Below, in pieces: positions 27,090 to 36,338 of a stretch of DNA of 46,478 nucleotides. The DNA is from an uncultured Thiotrichales bacterium. GTDB taxonomy: Bacteria; Pseudomonadota; Gammaproteobacteria; UWMA-0217. How positions within the stretch are numbered: the first letter of the stretch is position 1; every line of letters starts with the position of its first letter. The stretch is from contig CAZNYF010000001.1 of the NCBI GenBank assembly GCA_964577195.1, forward strand, positions 1 through 46,478, read 5' to 3'. The notes beneath the pieces are model-generated. The model ran no database searches. It was not told where the DNA came from and worked only from the letters and a program-made list of their open reading frames with translations. Both the position numbers and the translations under genes were made by a program.

Positions 27090-27260
27090 GACAATCACCC
27101 ATTGTTGATCCAGAGATTGTGAATCGAGAGTCTAAAACCAGGATGCTTCCAAACTACTGAAGAAACTTACTGTTTTTACAGAATGCTACTGGCGATAGAT
27201 TTTCTGCTTTCGAATAAGTCTATATAATCCAGTTCTTTTAATTATCTTGGAGTGCCCGGT

Positions 27261-28424
27261 ATGGAAGTTGGACCTAGAGAGATCAGTACGCCTTTTCGAC
27301 CCATTTCGCTGGAAGTGCCAGAAGGGATGGAGCGCAATGAGTTTTTTAACAGTACCGAAAATCTCAATGATCTCGAGCATAATAATGGGCTGTTAAGAAA
27401 CCCTGAGAACCTGCTGATGTATCGCAAGGCGCTGGGGCATAGCACGATTTTTGATACCTCCATTATCTACAATACGTCCAAGACTATTCTGAATCCTTTG
27501 GGCAGGCCGGTGCGTCGCACGCAGGTGCCTGAAGATGTGAAGAACGTCTGGAACCGGATGAATCAGATCGTGATTAGCTACATGCTGGAAGCGTTTCCTG
27601 ATCCTGGTGAGGCGCTGGTGCTTGCGGGCGAAGCCAGTCTGGATGCGACTTGGCCAATGAGCTCTCCAGGGGTTCCGAGTATTCGGATGCTGCATAACCA
27701 TTTTATGGTTTTTGATATGCAGCAGCTGCAGACTGCAAAATCAGCGGATCCGAAAAATCCGAATCTTACCGATGGCGGTCAGCACAGTTTGTTTCAGTCC
27801 TACATGAGCGATGTTTATCGGGATTTTTTCAATTCTCTGGATCTGAAAATTCTCAGACCAATTGATGAGCAATCTGCGACCATAAAACTCACTGGCTACC
27901 CTCAAGGGTTGCCTAGCTGGGAGATTCAGGGTGGTGAAGATGCGCTCAAGAACATTTGTTTCTGGCGTGAGTACGATTTAATTCTTAAAGGCTTTATTGA
28001 TTTTTACAAAACCTTTTTTACCCAGGTTTCTTCGCGCAACGCATCTATGCCAAAAGATCCTTGGTTTCCTGATCAGATTGAAACCAAGTTGCTGTTTAAT
28101 AATGATTTTCTCGCTGCTGCTAAAAAGGTCAGAGATCAATGTATTGTCGATGCAAAATACGCCAGCTCGATTCGCTGGCAACCTGCCTTTAAGCAACTTA
28201 TCTATCGCAATGATGATGGCAAATTAATCGTCACCATCAGCCAGAATTCCATCGGCAATGCGATCACAGAGCTGCTTGGTGTGGTGGTGAAGCGAACACC
28301 CGATGTGGATGCCTATGAAAAAGCTGAGCCGGCATTGATTGCGCGGTTGCTCGAGGTGCGCAGCCGTTTGGTCGCAGCAGATTTAGGTGAGGGGATTAAA
28401 ACGGATCATTGGGATGCCGTTTAG
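27261..28424 (+). CDS. hypothetical cytoplasmic protein, possibly a degenerate HIT/GalT-like fold
   Basis: GGAG lies 8 nt upstream of ATG 27261. No signal peptide or transmembrane helix. The only motif noticed is SIRMLHNHFMVF, which is HxH followed by hydrophobic residues. I did not recognise the family. Confidence 0.6.
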   Translation: MEVGPREISTPFRPISLEVPEGMERNEFFNSTENLNDLEHNNGLLRNPENLLMYRKALGHSTIFDTSIIYNTSKTILNPLGRPVRRTQVPEDVKNVWNRMNQIVISYMLEAFPDPGEALVLAGEASLDATWPMSSPGVPSIRMLHNHFMVFDMQQLQTAKSADPKNPNLTDGGQHSLFQSYMSDVYRDFFNSLDLKILRPIDEQSATIKLTGYPQGLPSWEIQGGEDALKNICFWREYDLILKGFIDFYKTFFTQVSSRNASMPKDPWFPDQIETKLLFNNDFLAAAKKVRDQCIVDAKYASSIRWQPAFKQLIYRNDDGKLIVTISQNSIGNAITELLGVVVKRTPDVDAYEKAEPALIARLLEVRSRLVAADLGEGIKTDHWDAV

Positions 28425-28558
28425 CGGTGTTTTTCCAGTAGTCACAATTTGTCACTTTTCTGCCGAGAAGCGGTACGGGTAAGCGCTTCAATAACAGCGC
28501 ATTACAGCTATTTAGCTGGTATATTGTGCGACTTTGAATCCACTAGGTTCCGGTTCGC

Positions 28559-29563
28559 ATGAGCAAGAAGAAGACTAAAGAAGAAAAAGCGATAAACCCC
28601 AGGGTTGCGATAAAGCATCTGGAAGAATACCTGCGGGGGCAGGTGGTGGGGCAGAAGAAGCTGATTCACCGCTTGTTGGTAGGCTTGCTCGCTGATGGAC
28701 ATTTGCTGGTGGAAGGCCCGCCGGGGCTGGCGAAAACGCGGGCGATTAACTCGCTGGCGAAGGGTATGACAGCCGATTTTCATCGGGTGCAATTTACCCC
28801 GGATTTACTGCCTGCTGATTTGACTGGTAGTGATGTTTACCGCCCCGAGCAAGGTGTTTTTGAGTTCATCAAAGGGCCGATTTTCCATAACCTGATTCTA
28901 GCTGACGAAGTGAATCGTGCACCCGCCAAGGTGCAATCTGCGCTGCTCGAAGCGATGGCTGAAAAGCAGGTGACAGTGGGTAGTTCGAGCTATCCGTTGC
29001 CGAAGCTGTTTCTAGTGATGGCAACTCAAAACCCGATTGAGCAGGAAGGTACGTATCCACTGCCGGAAGCTCAATTGGATCGATTTTTACTGCATGTGCA
29101 GGTTGAATATCCCGATCGGGATGCCAGCCGTGAGATTTTGAAAATCACCCGTGATGAAGCGCGAGATGAGCTCGGTGATAAGAAAGCCAAAGAGCTAAAC
29201 CCGCTGACGCAGGAATCCATTTTTGAAGCTCGTAAAGAAATTCTGGACTTGTACGTTGCTGATTCAGTTGAAGAATATATTCTGCAACTGGTGGAAGCCA
29301 CCCGTGATCCAGGCCAGTACGGCGATGATCTCAAGCAATGGGTTCGCTGGGGTTCCAGCCCTCGGGGAGCGATTGGTCTTGAGCGTGGGGCTCGCGCTGT
29401 TGCCTGGTTACTGGGGCGCGATTATGTGACTCCTGAAGATGTCCAAAGCATTGCTCCAGACGTGCTTCGGCATCGAATTTTGCTCGATTACGCCGCCGAG
29501 GCGGAAGGCAATACCTCATCGGGATTGATTGATGAGCTGTTGAATCGAGTACCTGCACCTTAA
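28559..29563 (+). CDS. moxR: MoxR-family AAA+ ATPase
   Basis: Walker A GPPGLAKT, Walker B LILADEVNRA, sensor MATQNP, and typical MoxR length (334 aa). Confidence 0.92.
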   Translation: MSKKKTKEEKAINPRVAIKHLEEYLRGQVVGQKKLIHRLLVGLLADGHLLVEGPPGLAKTRAINSLAKGMTADFHRVQFTPDLLPADLTGSDVYRPEQGVFEFIKGPIFHNLILADEVNRAPAKVQSALLEAMAEKQVTVGSSSYPLPKLFLVMATQNPIEQEGTYPLPEAQLDRFLLHVQVEYPDRDASREILKITRDEARDELGDKKAKELNPLTQESIFEARKEILDLYVADSVEEYILQLVEATRDPGQYGDDLKQWVRWGSSPRGAIGLERGARAVAWLLGRDYVTPEDVQSIAPDVLRHRILLDYAAEAEGNTSSGLIDELLNRVPAP

Positions 29564-29726
29564 GGGCACCTCTAAAAATACAAGCACCACTGCGAAAAAC
29601 CATGATCAGCACCTTTTTTATGCGAAAAATCGTTAAATACATCCAGTATTCGCCTCATTTTCGCATAAAAAATATACTAATCCTGATTTCCCTCAGCAGC
29701 ACTTCTATTTTTAGAGATGCCCTTAA
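29560..29726. mobile_element. 167-bp MITE-like element with 21-bp terminal inverted repeats
   Basis: ttaagggcacctctaaaaata (29560-29580) pairs with tatttttagagatgcccttaa (29706-29726), 20/21. Inner inverted repeat ttttttatgcgaaaaat (29614-29630) pairs with attttcgcataaaaaa (29657-29672). Both termini are TTAA, and the left one contains the moxR stop codon. No transposase is present. Confidence 0.6.
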
Positions 29727-29750
29727 CCCCAGAATTTCTGGGAATCGGCG

Positions 29751-30665
29751 ATGACATCAGGCGTAACTGTGACATTAAATGAGCTGGTAGCCTTGCGCGC
29801 CAGGTCTCGCAGTTTGCCGCTCGATGCGCGTCGTGCCGCAATGTCTGCTTCATCCGGCGGCTACCATTCTGCCTATCGTGGTCGCGGCCTTGAATTTGAT
29901 GAAGTGCGGCTTTATCAGTCTGGGGATGATGCCAGAACCATCGACTGGCGAGTATCAGCCCGGCGCGGTCAAATCCATACCAAATTATTTCGTGAGGAGC
30001 GAGAGCGTCCTGTGTTTTTGCTGGTCGATCTGCATCCAGGAATGTTTTTTGGTACCCGCACCGCTTTTAAATCTGTCATCGCAGCGCGGCTGGCGACGCT
30101 GGTTGCCTGGGCTGCGGAGCACGCTGGAGATCGCATTGGCGGTATTGTGACCAGTGAAAAAGGCCATATCGAATTGCAGCCTCGAGCACGGCGTGAAGGC
30201 GTGCTGCGCCTAATTAACGCTATCGTAAAACTGCAACCCGAGACACAAGGAGAAACTCAACCGGGTCGTCTGGACGAGGCAGTAGCACGCCTGAGCCGAG
30301 TCGCGCATACCGGCGGTTTGGTTTTTCTATTGAGCGATTTTCGCGAGATGGGTTCGAGCATGGAAAAGCATTTAACAAGGCTCTCGCATCATCATGATGT
30401 GATTGCCGGATTGATCTATGATCCACTCGAAGCACATCCGCCTCGCAGTGGAATTTTTGAATTAGGCAATCAGCAGTCTCGGCAGGTGGTTGATTTTGGC
30501 CACGCAGAAACACATCGAAATTGGCAGGTCAGGTTCCGTAAACATCGCGGTCTGGTGATGGATTACTGTCGCCGTCACGAAGTACATTTTATGGATATCG
30601 CGACCAACGCCAATCTGGTTAACACGCTGCGGATGGGGATTTCCAGCCGAGGTCGTGGATCATGA
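29751..30665 (+). CDS. DUF58 domain protein (MoxR-associated, vWA-like)
   Basis: The conserved GRGLEFDEVRLYQSGDDARTIDWRVSAR motif is typical of DUF58. It has the standard position after moxR. Confidence 0.88.
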   Translation: MTSGVTVTLNELVALRARSRSLPLDARRAAMSASSGGYHSAYRGRGLEFDEVRLYQSGDDARTIDWRVSARRGQIHTKLFREERERPVFLLVDLHPGMFFGTRTAFKSVIAARLATLVAWAAEHAGDRIGGIVTSEKGHIELQPRARREGVLRLINAIVKLQPETQGETQPGRLDEAVARLSRVAHTGGLVFLLSDFREMGSSMEKHLTRLSHHHDVIAGLIYDPLEAHPPRSGIFELGNQQSRQVVDFGHAETHRNWQVRFRKHRGLVMDYCRRHEVHFMDIATNANLVNTLRMGISSRGRGS

Positions 30666-31123
30666 ATGATCCATTAGAACATTTAAAACCTCTGCACCAT
30701 CCTGAGGCAATTTCATGGTGGCCGCCTGCTCCGGGCTGGTGGATTTTGTTGGCAATTGTGGTGCTGGCAGCAATCCTGTTTGGCTGGTTTCGATACCAGC
30801 GCCGTTTGCAGCGTCATGCTTTGAAGGAGTTGGAGCAACTACAGGCGCAGGATTTAACCGCTTCACAAATGGCGAATCAAGTGAACCAATTGCTTAAACG
30901 CTATGCGCTGGTCTGTTATCCGCGAGTAGAAGTTGCTGGGTTGAGTGGCAAAAACTGGCTACGCTTTCTAAAGAAAAGTAGCGATGACCACATGTTTTTA
31001 CGTGCGGGAAAACTGTTGCTGGATACGCCCTATCAGCGCAAGGCTAAACGTGGTGATGAGCGTGCACTGCTTGATTTTGCGGCAGACTGGATCAAGCGTA
31101 ATCAATCCGGAGCGAGCCGTTGA
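30662..31123 (+). CDS. DUF4381 domain protein
   Basis: WWPPAPGWWILLAIVVLAAILF signature followed by one transmembrane helix. ATGA overlap with the DUF58 stop. Confidence 0.8.
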   Translation: MNDPLEHLKPLHHPEAISWWPPAPGWWILLAIVVLAAILFGWFRYQRRLQRHALKELEQLQAQDLTASQMANQVNQLLKRYALVCYPRVEVAGLSGKNWLRFLKKSSDDHMFLRAGKLLLDTPYQRKAKRGDERALLDFAADWIKRNQSGASR

Positions 31124-32139
31124 TCTATCAACTCGCATGGCCGTGGATGGCGCTGGCTTTGCCTTTGCCGTTGCTGATGTGGTGGCTGTTGCCGCGCGCT
31201 CAAGATCGTAGCGGCGGAGTTCTATTTGCGCCGTTTGCGACCTCCCAAGGCAGCGATTCACGAATGAAATTATCCACCTCAAAACGCTGGCGCAAGTTGT
31301 TGGCGTTACTGGTGTGGCTATTGTTGGTTACGGCCTCAATGGGGCCAGAGCGACTCGATGAAGCGGTGGAACTACCGCGCGAAGGCCGCAATATCATGCT
31401 CGCGGTAGATGTCTCCGGCAGTATGCAAACCCCGGATATGGATCCCTCTAAACGGCGAAACCGGCTGGATGTGGTGAAAGAAGTTGCCAGTGAATTTATC
31501 CGTCGTCGTGAAGGGGATCGGACAGGCTTGATTTTGTTCGGTAGTCGTCCTTATATTCAGGCTCCGCTGACTTTTGATCGTGATACGGTACAGACTTTAA
31601 TGCAGGAATCGGTGGTTGGTATTGCCGGTCAGGAAACTGCGATTGGTGATGCGATAGGCTTAGCCATCAAACGACTACACACTAAAAACCAAAATGAGAC
31701 AGTACTTATTTTGCTCACTGATGGTAGTAACACTACCGGTCAGCTCAAACCGCGTCAGGCGGCGAGATTGGCGAAGCAGGTCGGCTTGAAAATTTACACC
31801 ATTGGTGTTGGCGGAGAGCCAGTCGTCGGACAGGATATTTTTGGTCGTCCTATCACCACCTACCGCGCCGAGCTGGATGAAGATGCACTCAGATACATTG
31901 CGGACACCACCGGTGGACAGTATTTCCGCGCCACGGATAGAGGCGCACTACGCTCAATTTATTCGTTGCTGGACCAGCTCGAACCGGCTGCGGGTAAGGG
32001 TGAGACGCTTCGCCCTATCAGCGCCCTGTATTTTTGGCCGCTGAGTGCCGCTTTTCTATTGAGTCTATTGCTGGGCTTGCCGATTATCTTTGAATCTTTG
32101 TCGCCAAAGCAAGGCGCTCGTTCACGGGGAGAAGGGTAA
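31120..32139 (+). CDS. batA: vWA domain protein BatA
   Basis: N-terminal transmembrane helix, a vWA MIDAS motif DVSGSM, a second motif LLTDGSNT, and a C-terminal transmembrane helix. The TTG start overlaps the upstream stop as TTGA; ATG 31147 is an alternative start. Confidence 0.85.
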   Translation: MIYQLAWPWMALALPLPLLMWWLLPRAQDRSGGVLFAPFATSQGSDSRMKLSTSKRWRKLLALLVWLLLVTASMGPERLDEAVELPREGRNIMLAVDVSGSMQTPDMDPSKRRNRLDVVKEVASEFIRRREGDRTGLILFGSRPYIQAPLTFDRDTVQTLMQESVVGIAGQETAIGDAIGLAIKRLHTKNQNETVLILLTDGSNTTGQLKPRQAARLAKQVGLKIYTIGVGGEPVVGQDIFGRPITTYRAELDEDALRYIADTTGGQYFRATDRGALRSIYSLLDQLEPAAGKGETLRPISALYFWPLSAAFLLSLLLGLPIIFESLSPKQGARSRGEG

Positions 32140-33944
32140 TGGATTGGTCTGCGTTGCAATTTTTACGCCCCTGGTGGTTTTTGGGCTTGCTGCCGGTGGT
32201 GGTATTATTACTGCTGGCACTGCGTCGTAGTCAGGTTGCTTCTCCGTGGCAAAAATCCTGTGATGAACATTTGCTGGAGCACTTGTGGCTAACGCCGCCG
32301 GGTGGTTTGAGCCATCGGTTTTTACTTTTGCTGGGGATTGGCTGGTTGGTGACGATCATTTCGCTGGCGGGGCCGGTTTGGGAGCAACAGCCGCAGCCGG
32401 TGTACCGCGCTGATTTATCCAGAGTGGTGCTACTCGATCTTTCTGATTCCATGAATGCTGTAGACATTGCCCCCTCACGTTTACAGCGAGCGCGATTCAA
32501 GCTTTCGGATATTCTGAAACGCTCTGGCGAAGGCCGCACGGCGCTAATCGTGTTTGCCGGTGAGGCGCATATTGTCACGCCGCTGACCAGCGATACGCAG
32601 ACTATCGAGACGATGATCCCGGCGTTGGCGACGGATATTGTACCCGCGCGTGGCAGCGCTGCAATGCCAGCTTTGAATTTGGCACAAACGTTGTTGAAAC
32701 GTGCCAAAGCACGGCTTGGCCAGGTGATCTTAGTGACCGATGGTGTCGATGATATGGCCGCTTCACTCAAAGCGGTGCGTGCGCTTAAGCAATTGGGTTT
32801 CCCCGTTTCGGTGTTGGGTGTCGGCACAATACCTGGCGCACCTACGCCGAATGCCGATGGCAGTTTTGGCAAAATGGCGCGGCTGGTGCCAGCAGAGTTG
32901 ATTGAGCTGGCGAATGCTGGCGGCGGCGTTTACAGCCCGATGACGGCAAATTCGGAAGATCTGGATGCGGTTTTGAGCGATATTGATGATGAGGCACTGG
33001 CAGAAAAGGTAGAGAGCGAAGCGCAGGTTGAACGCTGGGTTGAGCATGGTTTTTGGCTGTTGCCGTTGGTGCTTTTGCTGGCTGCAACGGGGATGCGTAA
33101 GGGCTGGTTGGGTGTTGTGCTGGCGGCAGTTGTGTTACCGATGTTGATGCCAACGCAATCGGCAGCGGCTGGCTGGAGCGATCTTTGGATGCGCTCTGAT
33201 CAGCAGGGTTTGCGAGCATTAAAGCAGCAGCAGCCAGAGCGTGCAGCAGCGCTATTTGAAAATACTGCATGGCGAGGTACGGCGCTTTATTCGGCGGGTC
33301 AGTTCGATCAGGCAGCCGCTGCCTTTGCCGAAGTTGAGGGTCCGGATGGCGACTATAATCGTGGTAATGCGCTGGCGCGAGCCGGGCATCTGGAGCAGGC
33401 GAAAACGGCTTTCGAGGAAGTATTGGCGCTAGAGCCAAAGCATTCTGATGCCGCTGCAAATTTAAAATTGGTGGAAGACTTGCTTAAAAAAGACCCACCT
33501 CCAGGGAAGCCACCCCAGCAACAACCGCCGCCACCCTTACCTGATCAAGACAATAGCCAACAACAGCCACCACCGCCGGAGGAACAGCAAGGTGATGGCG
33601 AGCAACAAGATCCGTCTGATCCTGAGCGCGAACGCAAGGATGAAAAGGATCAGGATACTCCAGAGAAAGATGATGCAGAGGCTGCCAGACGTGATGCTGA
33701 GCAGCAAATGAAGAAAAATCAGGAAGATAATCCCGAGAATAAGCCCCCACATCAACCTGAAACGGGTTCACAGTCTCCGCCTCCATCCGTTGCACATAGC
33801 GCCGCTTTACCTAATGATGAGCAAGTACGCGATCCGAATCTGGATCAGTGGTTACGACAGGTTCCGGATGATCCGTCGGGATTGTTACGCCGCAAGTTCA
33901 TGTTGGAGCATTTGCGCCGGAAAGAAGGAGAGTCATCTCAATGA
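32139..33944 (+). CDS. batB: vWA + TPR fusion protein (BatB/BatC-like)
   Basis: vWA MIDAS DLSDSM and VTDGVDD, then transmembrane helices, then TPR-like repeats (NRGNALARAGHLEQAKTAFEEVL). This is followed by a Pro/Gln/Glu/Asp-rich low-complexity region and the conserved tail DDPSGLLRRKF. TAATG overlap with batA. Confidence 0.85.
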   Translation: MDWSALQFLRPWWFLGLLPVVVLLLLALRRSQVASPWQKSCDEHLLEHLWLTPPGGLSHRFLLLLGIGWLVTIISLAGPVWEQQPQPVYRADLSRVVLLDLSDSMNAVDIAPSRLQRARFKLSDILKRSGEGRTALIVFAGEAHIVTPLTSDTQTIETMIPALATDIVPARGSAAMPALNLAQTLLKRAKARLGQVILVTDGVDDMAASLKAVRALKQLGFPVSVLGVGTIPGAPTPNADGSFGKMARLVPAELIELANAGGGVYSPMTANSEDLDAVLSDIDDEALAEKVESEAQVERWVEHGFWLLPLVLLLAATGMRKGWLGVVLAAVVLPMLMPTQSAAAGWSDLWMRSDQQGLRALKQQQPERAAALFENTAWRGTALYSAGQFDQAAAAFAEVEGPDGDYNRGNALARAGHLEQAKTAFEEVLALEPKHSDAAANLKLVEDLLKKDPPPGKPPQQQPPPPLPDQDNSQQQPPPPEEQQGDGEQQDPSDPERERKDEKDQDTPEKDDAEAARRDAEQQMKKNQEDNPENKPPHQPETGSQSPPPSVAHSAALPNDEQVRDPNLDQWLRQVPDDPSGLLRRKFMLEHLRRKEGESSQ

Positions 33945-35809
33945 TGCGTTTAAGCCGATTTAAAATTATCCACAGATTTTTTGCACCACGTCTGTGGCTC
34001 ATGCTGATTATCCTCAGCGTGTCATCTACAGCGGTCGCTGCGGTGGTGAGCGTGAAGCTGAGTAAAAGCCAAATTTCATTAGCAGAGACGGTTACGTTGC
34101 AGATTGCGTATGACGGTCAAACACAAAAAACCCCTGTTACCGGCGGATTGTCCAAAGATTTTAAAGTGTTGGGAACCTCAAGAAGCACCAAGGTAGAATT
34201 TGTTAATGGTCAGGTATCTGCGCAAACCACCTGGCAGGTTCGTCTTAAGCCCAAGCGCGTGGGGCAGTTAAAGATTCCCGAAATCACGATAGAAGGAAAA
34301 AAATCCGCTGCAATGACGTTGAAGGTGACAAAGGTTGCTGCTGCCAAGAAAGCACCAGTGGCTCCCAAAGCGGCGGCAAAAGGAAAGGGTAGCGGCAAAA
34401 AAACTGCCGCCAGTCGCGATGAAGTATTGATTAAAACCAGCGTAGAACCCGCTAACCCGTATATTCGAGAAATGTCGATTTACACGGTGCGAATCTACCA
34501 TGCGACAAAATTGGTCGAAGGCGAGCTACCCGATCCCGTGATCGAGAACGCGCTGGTGAAACGACTGGATCCAGATAAAAAATACAGTGAGAAGCTGGGC
34601 AAAAATCGTTACAAGGTGATCGAACGACGTTACGCAATTTTCCCACAAACCAGTGGCGAGCTTATAATCCCGGCGCCGGTGTTGTCGGCAAAAATTCTGG
34701 ATCGAGCGAGTGGGGGATTGATTGATGATGATTCTATTTTTTCTCAGGATCCATTTTTCTCACAAACACCGTTTGGCAGCATGCTTCAACCGATGCGAGT
34801 TATACGTGTTGACGGAACGGCATTGAGCCTTAAGGTCCGCGCTCCCAAGTTAGATACAGCAGGTGATTGGCTGCCAGCGCGTGAAGTAATCTTAAGTGAG
34901 ACTTACGATCCCGAGCACAGCAGTGTGAAAGTGGGTGACCCCGTTATTCGTGAAATTAGCTTACGTGTCGATGGGTTAACGGGCGCACAAATTCCACAAG
35001 TGATAGTGGGTGATGTTGCTGGCACTAACGTTTATGAGGACAAACCGAAGTTACGTACACGTGGTAATAGTACCGGTGTATTGGGCGACATCATTCAGCG
35101 TTTTACCTACGTACCAACGGAAGCTGGCGAGATTAAAATCCCGGAAATTAAGCTTCACTGGTGGGATGTTGTAAATGAGAAGCCTGGCGTAGCGATGTTA
35201 CCCGCCAGGACAATACAGATTTTATCAGTTGCCGGTGAGGTGGTTAAGCTCAAGCCTCCGACTGCGGCCTCCGAGCCGGTGATTGAAAAGCCGGTTGAGG
35301 CAATGAATCAGCTAGCGGAAACAGCTTCTCCGGTAGTGGAGCCTGCACTGCCAGTCAGTTCTGGCGGCATCTGGCGTTGGTTAGCCATTGTATTAGGGCT
35401 TTTGTGGCTAGCTACTTTGCTACTACTGTGGCAGAAGAATTATCGAAAAAATAACATTGCGACTATCGAGCCTGCTCGTGTTCCAGCGTCACTCTCGGCG
35501 GTGGAATCCAGAAGAAAATTTGAACAGGCTTGTCGGGCAGATAATCCTACTCAGGCACGTAACTATTTACTCAAGTGGGCAGATGCTCACTGGCCTGATA
35601 ACTCACCCAAAGGACTGACCCAATTATCACAGCGCCTTAAAGACGCGCGGGCAAAAAAAGCCGTTCATGCGTTGGATTCCTTCCTGTTTAACTCTCGTGG
35701 AAAACAATGGAAAGGAAAAGATTTACTCAATGCGCTTAAGAAGTTACCCGTAAAAGCTGTGAAGAATTCTAACCCTTCTGGCTTGCCTGGTTTATATCAA
35801 TCAAACTGA
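33941..35809 (+). CDS. batD: BatD (oxygen-tolerance family) protein
   Basis: 622 aa with a signal peptide, a long beta-rich ectodomain, a late transmembrane helix (WRWLAIVLGLLWLATLLLLW) and a cytoplasmic tail. ATGA overlap with batB. Confidence 0.8.
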   Translation: MMRLSRFKIIHRFFAPRLWLMLIILSVSSTAVAAVVSVKLSKSQISLAETVTLQIAYDGQTQKTPVTGGLSKDFKVLGTSRSTKVEFVNGQVSAQTTWQVRLKPKRVGQLKIPEITIEGKKSAAMTLKVTKVAAAKKAPVAPKAAAKGKGSGKKTAASRDEVLIKTSVEPANPYIREMSIYTVRIYHATKLVEGELPDPVIENALVKRLDPDKKYSEKLGKNRYKVIERRYAIFPQTSGELIIPAPVLSAKILDRASGGLIDDDSIFSQDPFFSQTPFGSMLQPMRVIRVDGTALSLKVRAPKLDTAGDWLPAREVILSETYDPEHSSVKVGDPVIREISLRVDGLTGAQIPQVIVGDVAGTNVYEDKPKLRTRGNSTGVLGDIIQRFTYVPTEAGEIKIPEIKLHWWDVVNEKPGVAMLPARTIQILSVAGEVVKLKPPTAASEPVIEKPVEAMNQLAETASPVVEPALPVSSGGIWRWLAIVLGLLWLATLLLLWQKNYRKNNIATIEPARVPASLSAVESRRKFEQACRADNPTQARNYLLKWADAHWPDNSPKGLTQLSQRLKDARAKKAVHALDSFLFNSRGKQWKGKDLLNALKKLPVKAVKNSNPSGLPGLYQSN

Positions 35810-36338
35810 AACCGCCTTGGCTATTTGACAGTCAGTAAGCGCTTTCTTTTCGCCTATCTTTAATCTTCTCCTGAGATTGTTTGTTCTTCTATTACTGTAG
35901 TCATAGTAGATAATTACTCGGCATCTTCCCATCTATCCCTTTTGCGTTTGTCTTTTCTGACAGAGATTGATTGAACTTAAAGAATCAATCGCAGCTCTAA
36001 CCCTCGATCCTAACTCAACTAAGATCAAGTTATTGCCTAGGACATTCGTGCTATCTCATTTGCTAAGTCACTTTTTATGTGACTAATGGCGCTTAATGAT
36101 TTAGCTGAAGACGTCGAAATGGAACCATTTTGGTTTTCATCTTTCGAACCTTCCACAAAGCGTGTATTTACACCAAGCACTTTTGGAACGAATGCAGGTT
36201 ACTTCTTTATTCAGCGATTGTTGTTTAACAGTATTGTGCTGTTAGCTAGATAAAAGAATCAATAACAAAAATCAGCGCATGTGGCATAGAGATGTCGCTC
36301 AGCTAAGCGCAGTTAGTCAAATTAAATAGTGGTTATTT

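Noticed and set aside
27186-27463. Two short minus-strand ORFs (64 and 73 aa) upstream of and overlapping the orphan gene
   Set aside because: They overlap each other and the better-supported + strand ORF, which has a Shine-Dalgarno sequence. They carry no motifs.
32231-33459. Long antisense ORFs (213 aa and 205 aa, minus strand) inside batB
   Set aside because: These are shadow ORFs in a GC- and proline-codon-biased region. The products are low-complexity, and they fully overlap a gene with clear vWA/TPR motifs.
36086-36253. 55-aa ORF in the EPS leader (MALNDLAEDVEMEPFWFSSFEPSTKRVF...GYFFIQRLLFNSIVLLAR), considered as a possible PEP-CTERM-like peptide
   Set aside because: No Shine-Dalgarno sequence, no signal peptide, no PEP motif followed by a clean transmembrane helix and Arg cluster. 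Chance ORFs of this size are expected in A+T-rich DNA.
35810-36338. Sigma54 (-24/-12) promoter in the EPS leader, expected if a PrsR-type activator controls the locus
   Set aside because: The candidates TGGCGC (about 36087) and TGGCAT (about 36282) lack a correctly spaced GC at -12, so there is no convincing TGGCAC-N5-TTGC match.
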